A stretch of DNA of 64,000 nucleotides. Origin: a bacterium (GTDB lineage Bacteria > Patescibacteriota > Patescibacteriia > UBA1558 > S5-K13). Of this stretch, positions 29,720 to 40,073 are shown piece after piece. How positions within the stretch are numbered: the first letter of the stretch is position 1; every line of letters starts with the position of its first letter. The stretch spans positions 37,217-101,216 of the forward strand of contig JAKPTO010000026.1 in assembly GCA_029555085.1 (NCBI GenBank). Reading direction: 5' to 3'. The notes beneath the pieces are model-generated. The model worked only from the letters and a program-made list of their open reading frames with translations, was not told the DNA's origin and did not search any database. Position numbers and translations under genes: made by a program.

Positions 29720-30016
29720 TTATATGCTCCCCCCTATCGCATAAACGAACATTTCACTTTGCTTCTTAACAACATATCGCATAAGCACAAATCCAAATCC
29801 ACTAGTAATGGTAATGGTCATATTAAGAAATTTCTTATTGTCAAAAATAAGAAAAGAAAATATTCCCCAAAATATTCCTAATTTAAAAATAAAAGAGAGG
29901 AAACGCGGAAACATTTTCATGAAAAATTGATAAATATTTAGAACAATCAATACTGGTTTTTCTATGGGCAGATATTTAAATATCTCTAAAAAATTATCTT
30001 TTTCAACTTGATTCAT
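29720..30016 (-). CDS. Small hypothetical membrane protein
   Basis: An ORF with two hydrophobic segments; no recognisable motifs. Confidence 0.3.
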   Translation of the reverse strand: MNQVEKDNFLEIFKYLPIEKPVLIVLNIYQFFMKMFPRFLSFIFKLGIFWGIFSFLIFDNKKFLNMTITITSGFGFVLMRYVVKKQSEMFVYAIGGSI

Positions 30017-30107
30017 TTAAATTAGCTATATTATTTATTTGAATTATCTTGATTTAATTATATCAATAATTTTAAGAAAATACATTATCCTCTTGTCATG
30101 TTTCATA

Positions 30108-30148
30108 GTGGGGAAAATAAAAGCTCTCTGAAAATTTTTCAGAGAGCT
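30108..30148 (-). terminator. Rho-independent terminator for the M23 peptidase gene
   Basis: Perfect palindrome AGCTCTCTGAAAATTTTTCAGAGAGCT at 30122-30148, 6 nt after the stop. On the minus strand it is followed by UUUUAUUUUCC. Confidence 0.7.
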
Positions 30149-30154
30149 CATGAA

Positions 30155-32746
30155 TTATTTACTAAAAACCAGTTTCTTGTCAAAAGAAAATCCGTTTACA
30201 TTTACCCGACAAATATAAACACCGCTTGAGCAAATTTTTCCTGAATCATCTTTTGAATCCCAGTTAATAGTTGCTGATTTGGATTTTGTGGGGACAAACT
30301 TTTTTACAAGTTGTCCTTTGATGTTATAAATCGAAATTTGAACTTCAGATGGTTCTTTTGTGTCTTCTATATCAAACATTAAGCTTACTGTGGAGTTAAA
30401 TGGATTTGGAAATATTTCAAATTTCTTTTTTAATAAATTCACTGTTTGACTTGGTGCGAGTATAAGTGACACATCATCAATCCAAACAGGAACATCTTGT
30501 TCTCCCAAATTCCATGAAATGCGTGCAATTCCAGAACTTGTGGCAGTAAAGCTCATTGTATAATTTTGCCAATCAGTTCCAGTGCTCACAACTTGCCATA
30601 GGCCAAAATTATTCCAGGGAGAATTTTCATTATATAACTCTACCTGGATTTGTCTTTGTGAGGTAGATTTCGCCCAGAAAGACAAAGTATAATTTTGACC
30701 CGATACAATGTTTAAATTCTGGTACAATTGAACCTCGAAGTGCAAACCATTTTGATTGGGATCAATAAATATTGAGTTATTCCCTGAATGGTAAATAGAA
30801 TTATCAATATAATAACTCGCTGTGGAATTGAGATCGCCAACCTCAAATGGTGCAAAATTTCCTGTTTCAAAACCAGGATTTATTATTAAATTATCTCCTT
30901 CTGTTTCCATATCAGATATTTTTTCAAAAACAACATTATCAAAATATTTACAACCAGCTGACTCGCCAATCATAAAATTCAAACGCGCTAATTGATCAGT
31001 TGTATTTGCTATAAAAATATACTGATATTTTTTCCAAGTTGAAGTGAGATTAATCTCTTTCCATAGACCATAATTATTCCATGGATCATTGTTGTTTTGT
31101 ATGCAAAATTTAATTCCCGATGCAGGATTGGATTTTGCCCAAAAAGAAACATTATATGACTCGCCTGATTCAATTTCAACAAGTTGCATAAGTTCTTCTT
31201 CGTAAAATAATCCGGAATCACCAATATTGATTTCTGCTTTAAAGTTTCCATCAACGCAATCACCGGATGTTATATCGAAACTTGCGCTATTTCTACTGTC
31301 ATTTAAAATCCAATAATTACAAATTCCAGAATCAAATCCACCGTCTTCGAAGTCACCACCCTGATAATCAACCATTCCACCACCAGCAAAATATTGAATA
31401 TTTTCTCCGGATTGAAATGAATTAACATCGCTATCGGAAACTTCTAAAACATTAGCAAAATTAAACCCATAGGTATTGAAGGTTGATTCGTCTATAATGA
31501 GACGACGCAATCCATTTTCTATATAATAACAAGCTGGACCTGGACCAGAAATTAATTTTCCATCCATGATTTTTTCATAGCTTACAAATGGCGCAATCTG
31601 ATAATAATTTAAAACATTTTGAGTAACTACTATATTAAAATTTGAATGATAATAGTTAATCATATAAACATTGTCAGAAAGCAATCTCAGAAGAATCTTT
31701 TGTCCAGTGTATGAAGAAGAAACTTCAATCCCTCGTTTAATAACATATCGTTCGTTCATGTTATTTACATTTTGCAATACTGTTCCGTATGGATAATCGC
31801 TTGAAGATGTAAGTTCAGATCCTTCCGCAAATTGAGATAAATATGAACTTGTTGTTGGAATCCAAACATCCGCAGAGTATCCTAATTGTTGCCAATTATT
31901 TACCCTTCGCTTCACAATTGTCGTAGAATTGTTTGACTGATAATCAAATACCCATCTCTGAGAATTCTCATCATAAACACAAGTTCCAACTTTTGGACTA
32001 ATATCAGGACCAATTGAAAATGAATTGAATTCTTCTTGACTAATTTCAACTGCATCAGACCAGTCAAATCCCCAAGTATAAAAAGGTGTCTCACTAGTAA
32101 ATCGTTGCATTTGCCTGTCACGAATCCAATAATAATTTGGAGTATTAGTTACATGAACCAATAAATCATCTGGTAGAATTCTTGGTTGTGAAACAACAAT
32201 GCCTGGGAGTGATGGCGGGTTTGATACGAAATAATGTTTATCTGGATTACAACCATTATTATATTGTTGTGTGTTGTTACTATACCAACCATAGGGATCA
32301 ATTGGTTCATTATTATAGTAAACACCAAAGTGAAGGTGAGGGTTGGTTGAATAACCAGTGTCACCCACCTTTCCTATAAATTGTCCTTGGTAAACAAATT
32401 CTCCGACAGAAACAGTTGCAGTATGGTAAAGCATGTGCGCGTATATTGTTTTGTAACCATTTCCATGGTCTATTTTCACATAATTACCATAATCCGTTCC
32501 TGTTCCATCTGGAATATCTCTTTGCACCGCAATAACCTGTCCACCATAAGCAGAAAGAATTCTTGTTCCCTCTACTGCGGAATAATCAATTCCGTAATTA
32601 TAGTTATAACTATAACTAGGTGGATATTGCCAACCAGATGAAATTATAAAATTTCCTTCAATGGGGAGTGTGAATATATGATCCACACCGAACAAATAAC
32701 CACAACACATTGTGATTATTACTAGAATTGTCATGAGAGTTTTCAT
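30155..32746 (-). CDS. Secreted M23-family metallopeptidase with a large beta-rich middle region (CBM-like repeats) and a T9SS-type C-terminal sorting/Ig-like domain
   Basis: Signal peptide; M23 motifs HGNGYKTIYAHM and NPHLHFGV. The C-terminus FPNPFNSTVSLMF...ISIYNIKGQLVKKF...SGVYICRVNVNGFSFDKKLVFSK matches the Por secretion-tail pattern. Confidence 0.7.
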   Translation of the reverse strand: MKTLMTILVIITMCCGYLFGVDHIFTLPIEGNFIISSGWQYPPSYSYNYNYGIDYSAVEGTRILSAYGGQVIAVQRDIPDGTGTDYGNYVKIDHGNGYKTIYAHMLYHTATVSVGEFVYQGQFIGKVGDTGYSTNPHLHFGVYYNNEPIDPYGWYSNNTQQYNNGCNPDKHYFVSNPPSLPGIVVSQPRILPDDLLVHVTNTPNYYWIRDRQMQRFTSETPFYTWGFDWSDAVEISQEEFNSFSIGPDISPKVGTCVYDENSQRWVFDYQSNNSTTIVKRRVNNWQQLGYSADVWIPTTSSYLSQFAEGSELTSSSDYPYGTVLQNVNNMNERYVIKRGIEVSSSYTGQKILLRLLSDNVYMINYYHSNFNIVVTQNVLNYYQIAPFVSYEKIMDGKLISGPGPACYYIENGLRRLIIDESTFNTYGFNFANVLEVSDSDVNSFQSGENIQYFAGGGMVDYQGGDFEDGGFDSGICNYWILNDSRNSASFDITSGDCVDGNFKAEINIGDSGLFYEEELMQLVEIESGESYNVSFWAKSNPASGIKFCIQNNNDPWNNYGLWKEINLTSTWKKYQYIFIANTTDQLARLNFMIGESAGCKYFDNVVFEKISDMETEGDNLIINPGFETGNFAPFEVGDLNSTASYYIDNSIYHSGNNSIFIDPNQNGLHFEVQLYQNLNIVSGQNYTLSFWAKSTSQRQIQVELYNENSPWNNFGLWQVVSTGTDWQNYTMSFTATSSGIARISWNLGEQDVPVWIDDVSLILAPSQTVNLLKKKFEIFPNPFNSTVSLMFDIEDTKEPSEVQISIYNIKGQLVKKFVPTKSKSATINWDSKDDSGKICSSGVYICRVNVNGFSFDKKLVFSK

Positions 32747-32934
32747 TTTTACCTCCTATGAAAATTTCTCAATTTCTTTAAAAATGTTTCGAGAATAAAA
32801 AATCGCCAAAAAAATCTGATAAATCAAATTAAGTTTGGCGACCCTGATTTTGAAATTATAAAAACCCAAGTCTCTTGTTAAAATTTAACAAGAATTAATA
32901 AATCGCTTTTCCTCGCTTTTATTTAATTGTTAAT

Positions 32935-33480
32935 CTACTTATTTATTAAAAAATCTTTAAATATACCCAAACTACCCACTCTAAATAAACCTATATTTTC
33001 TACTGTTTCGCAACCAACCATCACTGGGGCATATTCGTCTCTACATGTGCTAGCTCTACAATTATCACCTGCATATTTATACTCTACAAACATATTTTGC
33101 TTTATTAGTTGCTCTGTTAATGCAAACGGGAAAACACTACTAACAGAATAAATACCTCTTGGAACCTCTAATCTGTAACCTTTTTTATTTCTATATTTAG
33201 AATTAATTACTTGATTAGGTGTGCAATAATAATTATTTGTTTCTATATTTTTCGCGCAAACCAAAGATCCATCTGGAACAATTTCTGATGGATAGCTTAA
33301 TTCTCCCTCAATTGCCCCCATACAATTTTCTGATTGTATTTTTGTTGCTTCTCTTTCATCTGAAATACTCTGTGTATTGTTTATAATATTTTCTTGATTT
33401 TTACTATCATAAATTACAATATATATAACAAGTGATATAAATAGTATTATTGAAATAATTATTAATATTTTTTTCCACAT
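32935..33480 (-). CDS. Cys-rich secreted/membrane-anchored hypothetical protein
   Basis: N-terminal TM segment; about 10 Cys residues in the ectodomain. Confidence 0.4.
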   Translation of the reverse strand: MWKKILIIISIILFISLVIYIVIYDSKNQENIINNTQSISDEREATKIQSENCMGAIEGELSYPSEIVPDGSLVCAKNIETNNYYCTPNQVINSKYRNKKGYRLEVPRGIYSVSSVFPFALTEQLIKQNMFVEYKYAGDNCRASTCRDEYAPVMVGCETVENIGLFRVGSLGIFKDFLINK

Positions 33481-33634
33481 AAATTTATTTAATTTTATTA
33501 ATTATAAATTAAAAATACTTTTATAAATTAAAGATACTTCGATTTTTAAAAAATGTAAATACCAATTATTAACATAAAAAAAGGCGTCGTATTACTACGA
33601 CGCCTTTTAGATTTTAATAAAAATAACCAAATTT

Positions 33635-36600
33635 TTATTTTTTATATAAAGTGGAAACAAATCTTTGCATTCTGTCATTCAATACATCTAAAGCAATTCT
33701 TGTACTTTCTGGTGCGTTTTTTGGTATGCTCTTTAATGTGAGTTCCCAAAATTTTATCTCAAAATTATTTAACTTACTACTACCTGTTCTTTCCAGCTTT
33801 ATATCGCTTAATAATTTAAATGCTTTATCGTGTACAATGTCTTTATTAGCACTCTCCGTAATTATTCTATATAATTCAGTACCTCGTTCTCGGCTATAAA
33901 AAAATGTTCCAACTGAACTAACATCTGATGTCTGTTTAATAATGGAACCATTTTCATCAAATACTTGTTTAAGTGTTCCGCTTCTTCCCGCCTCCTTAAA
34001 AGTAACGAGCTTTGTATAATCATCGAGCCATTTCTCTGTTATTGTTCCTGTATTTGTTTTTATAATTTCTATATTTGGCTCGGAAATCAATTCTTGAAAA
34101 TTATTCTCTGTAATTTGCTCTAAGCCGGGACTTTGTGGATCAAGATCTGCATAATATTCCCCATGGTCTTTTTGAATTTCCAACACCCGATTATTACCAA
34201 CATTCGTTTCAAATTTAACTGGAATATTGTCTTCAACATCTTTCAATGCCTCTTCCAACTCAGAAAATGTATTAACTCTTTTAACTCCTAGTATCTCTGT
34301 TTGATTTTGAGCTATAGGCACACGATCTAATATATCTTCGACAGGTGTCCGTCCTGATATACCTTTGGTAGGCACATGATCTGGCTCAATAGTCAAATTT
34401 TGAACTGAGGATACTTGGTCTGATATATCTTCTATATTTGACTCAGAAATCAATTCTTGAAAATTATTCTCTGTAATTTGCTCTAAACCAGGGAGATTAG
34501 GATTAAAGTCTGTGTAATATTCTCCATTGTCCTCTATAATCCGTACAACATTACCACCAATTTCTACATCAGCCGAAGCACCTGCCTCTTTAAACTGAAA
34601 TACTTCTTTCAAATCAGAAAAATCCCTAACCACTGGAACCTCTGATGTTTCTATAGGTACATTAGTCAATGTATCTGGGGTGACTTCTATACTTTCTGTA
34701 GGTACATGATCTAACATATCTTCAGTGGGTACATGATCTGGTTTAATAACTGGGATTTCTGTATTACCATTATTAAACTCATCTTGCAACCTCGCTATTT
34801 GAAAATTTAACTCCTCTCCAGTATTTTGCTGTTGTGAAAGTAATTCTCGAGTTGCATTTAGTTCCTCAGATATCTTCGCTTGTATATTGGATGGAATATT
34901 TGGATCATCTAGCATTTCTTCTAATCTGGTAATTGATAATTTTGACTTTATTATATCATCATTTAACTCAAAATATTTACTTTGTAGCTCTTCTATTTGC
35001 TCAGGATAATTTGACTTAACTATATCTTCTACGGGTAGCACTTCTCTTACATTTGTTGGTCTGACAATTTCTGAAACATTAGGACCATGTTTGGGCTTAA
35101 TGACGCCCATTACATTATCTACATAATGTTTGTAAAAACTTTCATAAGACTTGGGTTTGACAAAGGCAAAAACCTCGTTAGTTTCTGGATCAACGACAAC
35201 TCTTGCTCCCGGCGCAACAACATTTGCATCAAAATTTTTAAGAATCAATGGTTCGCCATTAGGTCCAGAAGTAACAAGTGTCATTTTTGAACCACGAGGC
35301 ATGCTTATACCCAAAGTTTCAGAAACACTAGAGCCCTTAGCTACTGGAACGCCTTGATCTGCCAACTCTTGAATACGTTGAGGGTTCAAACCCTTAATAT
35401 CTTGAAAATTAGATACATCTGATTTTTTTGGAGAAAAACTTTGTGATGCCTCATTTATATCATCCGCTCGACTTGTTGAGATAACCTGATCTTTTTTACC
35501 AAAAACAGAGTTCTTCAAATTCTCAAAAGACTTTCCTAATCTCTCCATTCTTGAAACTATATCAGCATAACTTACAAAATTATCTTTCATGTTTTCCAAT
35601 ACATTACCCTGAGTAAATGTTTTGGTAAAACATTGTACCATGTTATCCACACTTGCACCAGATGTTTGTATTCCTGATAAAGCTTGCGTTCCCATACCAA
35701 GAGCCATTAATAATTCCCCCCAAGCTCTCATCATGGTAGTTTTTTTATCAAAACCTTTTAATTTTCTAACATCACTATGTTTTTTTAATTTATCATTTTC
35801 TACATAAAAACTTGATTCATATCGTTTTCCAGATAATCCATAATATGTTTCTAAAAACATTGTTTTAAATGCATCTCCAAGATATTGATGTGCTTTCATT
35901 TTTTCGCCAACCTTATTCCAGGAATATTCCTTTTGATATTTCAATGCTGATTTATCTAATTTTCCACCAAATGCAAATATTCCATACATAGCACCTCGAA
36001 GTCCAGCCGCACCTATCCCGCCACCAAAAACCATAGCCGTATTAAGTGCATCTTTTACAAGTATACTTCCATTTACTGTTCCTTGTATATAATCTTGCAA
36101 AATATAATCTATTTTTTTTGACCTTTGTTTTCTTAAATCATTTTTTGATTCCAAATTCGTAAGTAGAACTTTGTTTAATCTATTTCTCATTGTCATCTGA
36201 TCATGATCAGAAATAATATACAATAACTTTTCTTTATCTGTTAATGAACCTTCGTTAAACTTTTTTTCTATTTCTTGTCTTTTTTCTTTTGGTAAATCAT
36301 AATAATTCTGAGATCTGGCATTCTTTATCATTTCATTATATTGCATTGCTTTTTCTTTTACATCATCTACAGAAATTTTTTCATTTTTTATAAAATTTTC
36401 TCTAATTTTATTATTCTCCATTGAAAGAGTTTTTATTTTACGCTCTAATTCTTCTCTTTCTGTTTCATCTTTTGTGTTTTTATATATCTCTACATATCTA
36501 GATATTGCAGCAACTCTTCTTTTGTAATTATCATCTTGGTAAAGCTTCTGAAATTTTTCCTTATTAGAAGAAATCAACTCTGCTAAATCGCTTGTTTTCT

Positions 36601-38758
36601 TTTCTGCCTCAACCCTATCTTTCTTTGTTTCACTTTTTTGATCAAAATATTTATACACATCTGTTCTCTTGCCAAGAGCAAAATTAATTTTTCCTCCACT
36701 TATTTTATCAAGTCCATGCGCAAGTCCAGCGCCAATCCAATCACCAATGGCTTTAACACCAAACATTGAACCGATAATATTATATATTCCCTTACCTGTT
36801 GCTGCGCATAAGGCCCTCTTTTCTTCTTTTTCTTCTGGTGTTTTTGGTTTCTTAAAAATCAAATCAAAAGTTTTCTTAACCCTATCCTTAAATTTAACTT
36901 TTATCTGTTCTTCTTTTAACTCTTCATTGATAATATGTTCTTCCGGCGTATTAGATTGAATTTCTTTTTCTGATTCAAAATTATTGTAAGTAGATGTCCA
37001 TTTTATTTCTTGTCCCCATTCTGGACTGGTATGGGTAGATGTCCATTTTGCTTCCTGTCTCTCTCCTTGACTCGTATTAGTTTCCCATTGTTGTTCTTGA
37101 TTAGTATTAGATATTGTCTCTGGTTTTATTTCTTTTATTCCAAGTACATTGCTTATATATGTATTTGTATTTTCAAGAAGACTTGGTGCTATTTTTGTCA
37201 CAAAATTTACAATAAAAGACTCATTACCCTCCCTACCCTCATCTTCTACTCTATCCTTAGCTTCTAAAAATTTTCTTACCTCAATAATCTGATTATCGCT
37301 TAGTCTACTCAACTTGTACTTTAAAATATCAACTCCGGTATTTTCTAATTCTAAATGTTTATTAAAAAATTTTTCCTCTGTTTTCGGCAAATCGTCTTCA
37401 AAGACTTGTTTTTCTTTAATAACCTCCTCTTCTGATTTTTCAAAATTCTCTGATTTTGAAGTCTCTTCTTTTTCTGATTTAATCTTTTCTTCTGAATTTC
37501 CTAACAACTCTTTAACTTTATCTCTTAAACCGTATGCTCTAGTAACGAAATTAATATGATAGCTTTCGTGTCTCACTTGATCAATTATCTGCTTCAATTC
37601 CTCTGGACTATATTTTTCTTTGGTACCATCTATTGTCCCAATTTCTTCTATGGCAGAAAATAATTCCTCAAAATTTTTAGCATTGCTAATTTTTGCTTTT
37701 TGATTTTCTAGTAACTCTACAACCTTATCTCTTAAACCGTATGTTCTAGTAACATAAGTATTGCGAAGATCTCCATTCCTTACTTGGTTAATGATCTGCT
37801 TCAATTCCTCTGGACTATATTTTTCTTTGGTACCATCTATTGTCCCAATTTCTTCTATGGCAGAAAATAATTCCTCAAAATTTTTAGCATTGCTAATTTT
37901 TGCTTTCCTATCTTCTTCTGTTTCTATTGTATTTTTTTTATTTTTCCCCTCAATTTCTTTTTTAGATTCACTTTCTCTCATCATTTCAATGAGTTTTTTT
38001 GCATGCATTTTAGCCCATTGAATTTGTCCTTCATTATTTTCATAATCTAAACCTGCTTCTGGGTTAGGATGATTATCTTTTTCCCTATTTTCTATATCAT
38101 GTTGTTTCCAACTCATAAGAATTTTATACGCAATAGCTGTTTCTAAATCATTTGTAGTATCTCTATACATGTCATAATGTTTGTAATAATCATTAAAAAT
38201 GCCTTTATAATCTATACCCGTTTCCATATCTGGATTTTCAAAAAAATTCTTATACACTTTTTCAACTTCAGATTCCATATATTTATAATCTTCTGGATTG
38301 TCTGGTAATTCTGTTTTTATAACTCTCTCTGGAACCTGATCTAAAACATTGAGATCTTTTTCTGATTCAAATTTTTCATCTATTTTTTCTTGTCCATCTT
38401 CGGGGATTTCTTTCGCATACTCGTCTGATGCTGATATAATTTCTTTTGCCCTTTTTATTCTCTTATTAATCTCAGGGACTAATTTTCTTAAATCTTCTAA
38501 ATAATTAAAAAAAAGAGAACGATCTTCATCAAATGTTTCTTGGTCACTCGATATAAGTATATATTGATCTGCACTAAATGATATATCCGACCTAATTTCT
38601 TCGAGTAATTCTTCACCCCTATTTAATATTTTCTCTAAAGCTTGTTTCTTAAATCTTATGAATCCATCTGGGTTATTATTATCTATAAATTCTCTGTATT
38701 GCTCATTCTTATCAACTAAATTTTTTAAATTCTCTGTAGGTTGTTTTATTTTATCCAT
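33635..38758 (-). CDS. Giant hypothetical protein (1707 aa) with internal about 70-aa and about 100-aa repeats and glycine-zipper hydrophobic segments
   Basis: A single uninterrupted ORF. KAKISNAKNFEELFSAIEEIGTIDGTKEKYSPEELKQII occurs twice. The C-terminus has duplicated GEYY.D..P..PGLEQITENNFQELISE modules. Two Gly-rich segments (GxxxG runs) are present. Confidence 0.55.
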   Translation of the reverse strand: MDKIKQPTENLKNLVDKNEQYREFIDNNNPDGFIRFKKQALEKILNRGEELLEEIRSDISFSADQYILISSDQETFDEDRSLFFNYLEDLRKLVPEINKRIKRAKEIISASDEYAKEIPEDGQEKIDEKFESEKDLNVLDQVPERVIKTELPDNPEDYKYMESEVEKVYKNFFENPDMETGIDYKGIFNDYYKHYDMYRDTTNDLETAIAYKILMSWKQHDIENREKDNHPNPEAGLDYENNEGQIQWAKMHAKKLIEMMRESESKKEIEGKNKKNTIETEEDRKAKISNAKNFEELFSAIEEIGTIDGTKEKYSPEELKQIINQVRNGDLRNTYVTRTYGLRDKVVELLENQKAKISNAKNFEELFSAIEEIGTIDGTKEKYSPEELKQIIDQVRHESYHINFVTRAYGLRDKVKELLGNSEEKIKSEKEETSKSENFEKSEEEVIKEKQVFEDDLPKTEEKFFNKHLELENTGVDILKYKLSRLSDNQIIEVRKFLEAKDRVEDEGREGNESFIVNFVTKIAPSLLENTNTYISNVLGIKEIKPETISNTNQEQQWETNTSQGERQEAKWTSTHTSPEWGQEIKWTSTYNNFESEKEIQSNTPEEHIINEELKEEQIKVKFKDRVKKTFDLIFKKPKTPEEKEEKRALCAATGKGIYNIIGSMFGVKAIGDWIGAGLAHGLDKISGGKINFALGKRTDVYKYFDQKSETKKDRVEAEKKTSDLAELISSNKEKFQKLYQDDNYKRRVAAISRYVEIYKNTKDETEREELERKIKTLSMENNKIRENFIKNEKISVDDVKEKAMQYNEMIKNARSQNYYDLPKEKRQEIEKKFNEGSLTDKEKLLYIISDHDQMTMRNRLNKVLLTNLESKNDLRKQRSKKIDYILQDYIQGTVNGSILVKDALNTAMVFGGGIGAAGLRGAMYGIFAFGGKLDKSALKYQKEYSWNKVGEKMKAHQYLGDAFKTMFLETYYGLSGKRYESSFYVENDKLKKHSDVRKLKGFDKKTTMMRAWGELLMALGMGTQALSGIQTSGASVDNMVQCFTKTFTQGNVLENMKDNFVSYADIVSRMERLGKSFENLKNSVFGKKDQVISTSRADDINEASQSFSPKKSDVSNFQDIKGLNPQRIQELADQGVPVAKGSSVSETLGISMPRGSKMTLVTSGPNGEPLILKNFDANVVAPGARVVVDPETNEVFAFVKPKSYESFYKHYVDNVMGVIKPKHGPNVSEIVRPTNVREVLPVEDIVKSNYPEQIEELQSKYFELNDDIIKSKLSITRLEEMLDDPNIPSNIQAKISEELNATRELLSQQQNTGEELNFQIARLQDEFNNGNTEIPVIKPDHVPTEDMLDHVPTESIEVTPDTLTNVPIETSEVPVVRDFSDLKEVFQFKEAGASADVEIGGNVVRIIEDNGEYYTDFNPNLPGLEQITENNFQELISESNIEDISDQVSSVQNLTIEPDHVPTKGISGRTPVEDILDRVPIAQNQTEILGVKRVNTFSELEEALKDVEDNIPVKFETNVGNNRVLEIQKDHGEYYADLDPQSPGLEQITENNFQELISEPNIEIIKTNTGTITEKWLDDYTKLVTFKEAGRSGTLKQVFDENGSIIKQTSDVSSVGTFFYSRERGTELYRIITESANKDIVHDKAFKLLSDIKLERTGSSKLNNFEIKFWELTLKSIPKNAPESTRIALDVLNDRMQRFVSTLYKK

Positions 38759-38775
38759 ATTTTTGTAATTAAATT

Positions 38776-38964
38776 TTATTTATTTAAAAATTTCTTTCTA
38801 ATATTTTCTAATTTTTTCTGAGTCATCAATGTTTCTATTTTTTTTACAATATCGTTTCTTTTTTTTGAAATAATAGATAATTCCGCCATTATAATATTTA
38901 ATTCTTTATCAACTTCCTCTATAAGATCCTTATAATTCTTTATTTTTGTTTTTATTTCTTCCAT
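38776..38964 (-). CDS. Small coiled-coil hypothetical protein
   Basis: 62-aa ORF with heptad-like charge pattern. Confidence 0.3.
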   Translation of the reverse strand: MEEIKTKIKNYKDLIEEVDKELNIIMAELSIISKKRNDIVKKIETLMTQKKLENIRKKFLNK

Positions 38965-38974
38965 GTATTTATAT

Positions 38975-39292
38975 TTATTTTTTACTCCTTTTAAAAATAG
39001 AATCTAGTTCTGTTATTGTTTTTTCATCAATTTTTTTCTCTTTCTCGGCATATTCAATTGCCAATTGTTCTAATTTATTTTCCAATTCAATATTTAATAA
39101 GTCTAATTGCTCAGATGCAAATTTATTCTCAAGCGTCATTGCTACTTCTGCTACCTTTTCCGGAGGGAGATTATTTAATATCTCTATAAATAATTCCTTT
39201 GCATCATCGGATATATTCATAGAAGCTAACAAAAAACCCAGCTTTTTACCAAAACCGCCTATCAATTCTTGGTCATTTATTTTTTTGCTCAT
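38975..39292 (-). CDS. Hypothetical protein
   Basis: 105-aa ORF, tightly packed upstream of the previous gene. Confidence 0.35.
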   Translation of the reverse strand: MSKKINDQELIGGFGKKLGFLLASMNISDDAKELFIEILNNLPPEKVAEVAMTLENKFASEQLDLLNIELENKLEQLAIEYAEKEKKIDEKTITELDSIFKRSKK

Positions 39293-39296
39293 ATTG

Positions 39297-40073
39297 TTAT
39301 TTTAATAATAAATTATACAATTTTTTATATTTTTTGTCAATAAATAAAAAATAACTCGCAAATAATATAAAAATTAAAGCCATTATTTGCGGAAATCTAA
39401 TTCCGAAAATATGAAGTGTTGTATCAATTCTTAAAAATTCCATAAAAAACCTAATAATTCCATAACCAAAAACATACAACAAAAATATTCTTCCTTCTTT
39501 GTAATGTCTCTTAAATACTCTCATTAGTATAAAAAATAAAATTAAATTTAAAATAAATTCATATGCAAATATGGGATGATGATGAAACCCTGTTTTTTGT
39601 ATATATATTGCCCATGGCACATTTGAAACTTTTCCATACAATTCTGAGTTAAAAAAATTACCCCATCTCCCAATTGCTTGCCCAAGTGGAACAACAAGAG
39701 CAAAAATATCTAAATATTTTAGCGAATTCAATTTATGCTTTTTACAATAAAAATAAACAGTTAATATTCCAGCTATTATTGCTCCTTGAATTGCTATACC
39801 GCCACGCCAAATTCTAAAAATCTCCCAAAAATTATACTTATAATATTTAAAATCGAAAAACAATACTGAGTAAATTCTAGCCCCAATTATTCCAAAAATT
39901 ATAATATAAAAATATAAATTTTCTAAATGATTTTTATCAATTTCACTGCCCCTGGATAATCTTTCTATTAAATACATACACAATAAAATACCAAAAACTA
40001 CTATAATTCCGTAAAAATATACATTGATTAACCCAAGGCGCAGTAATATTGGATGTGGATTTGCATTTATCAT
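39297..40073 (-). CDS. lgt: Prolipoprotein diacylglyceryl transferase
   Basis: Lgt signature GRWGNFFNSELYG in a polytopic membrane protein. Confidence 0.85.
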   Translation of the reverse strand: MINANPHPILLRLGLINVYFYGIIVVFGILLCMYLIERLSRGSEIDKNHLENLYFYIIIFGIIGARIYSVLFFDFKYYKYNFWEIFRIWRGGIAIQGAIIAGILTVYFYCKKHKLNSLKYLDIFALVVPLGQAIGRWGNFFNSELYGKVSNVPWAIYIQKTGFHHHPIFAYEFILNLILFFILMRVFKRHYKEGRIFLLYVFGYGIIRFFMEFLRIDTTLHIFGIRFPQIMALIFILFASYFLFIDKKYKKLYNLLLK

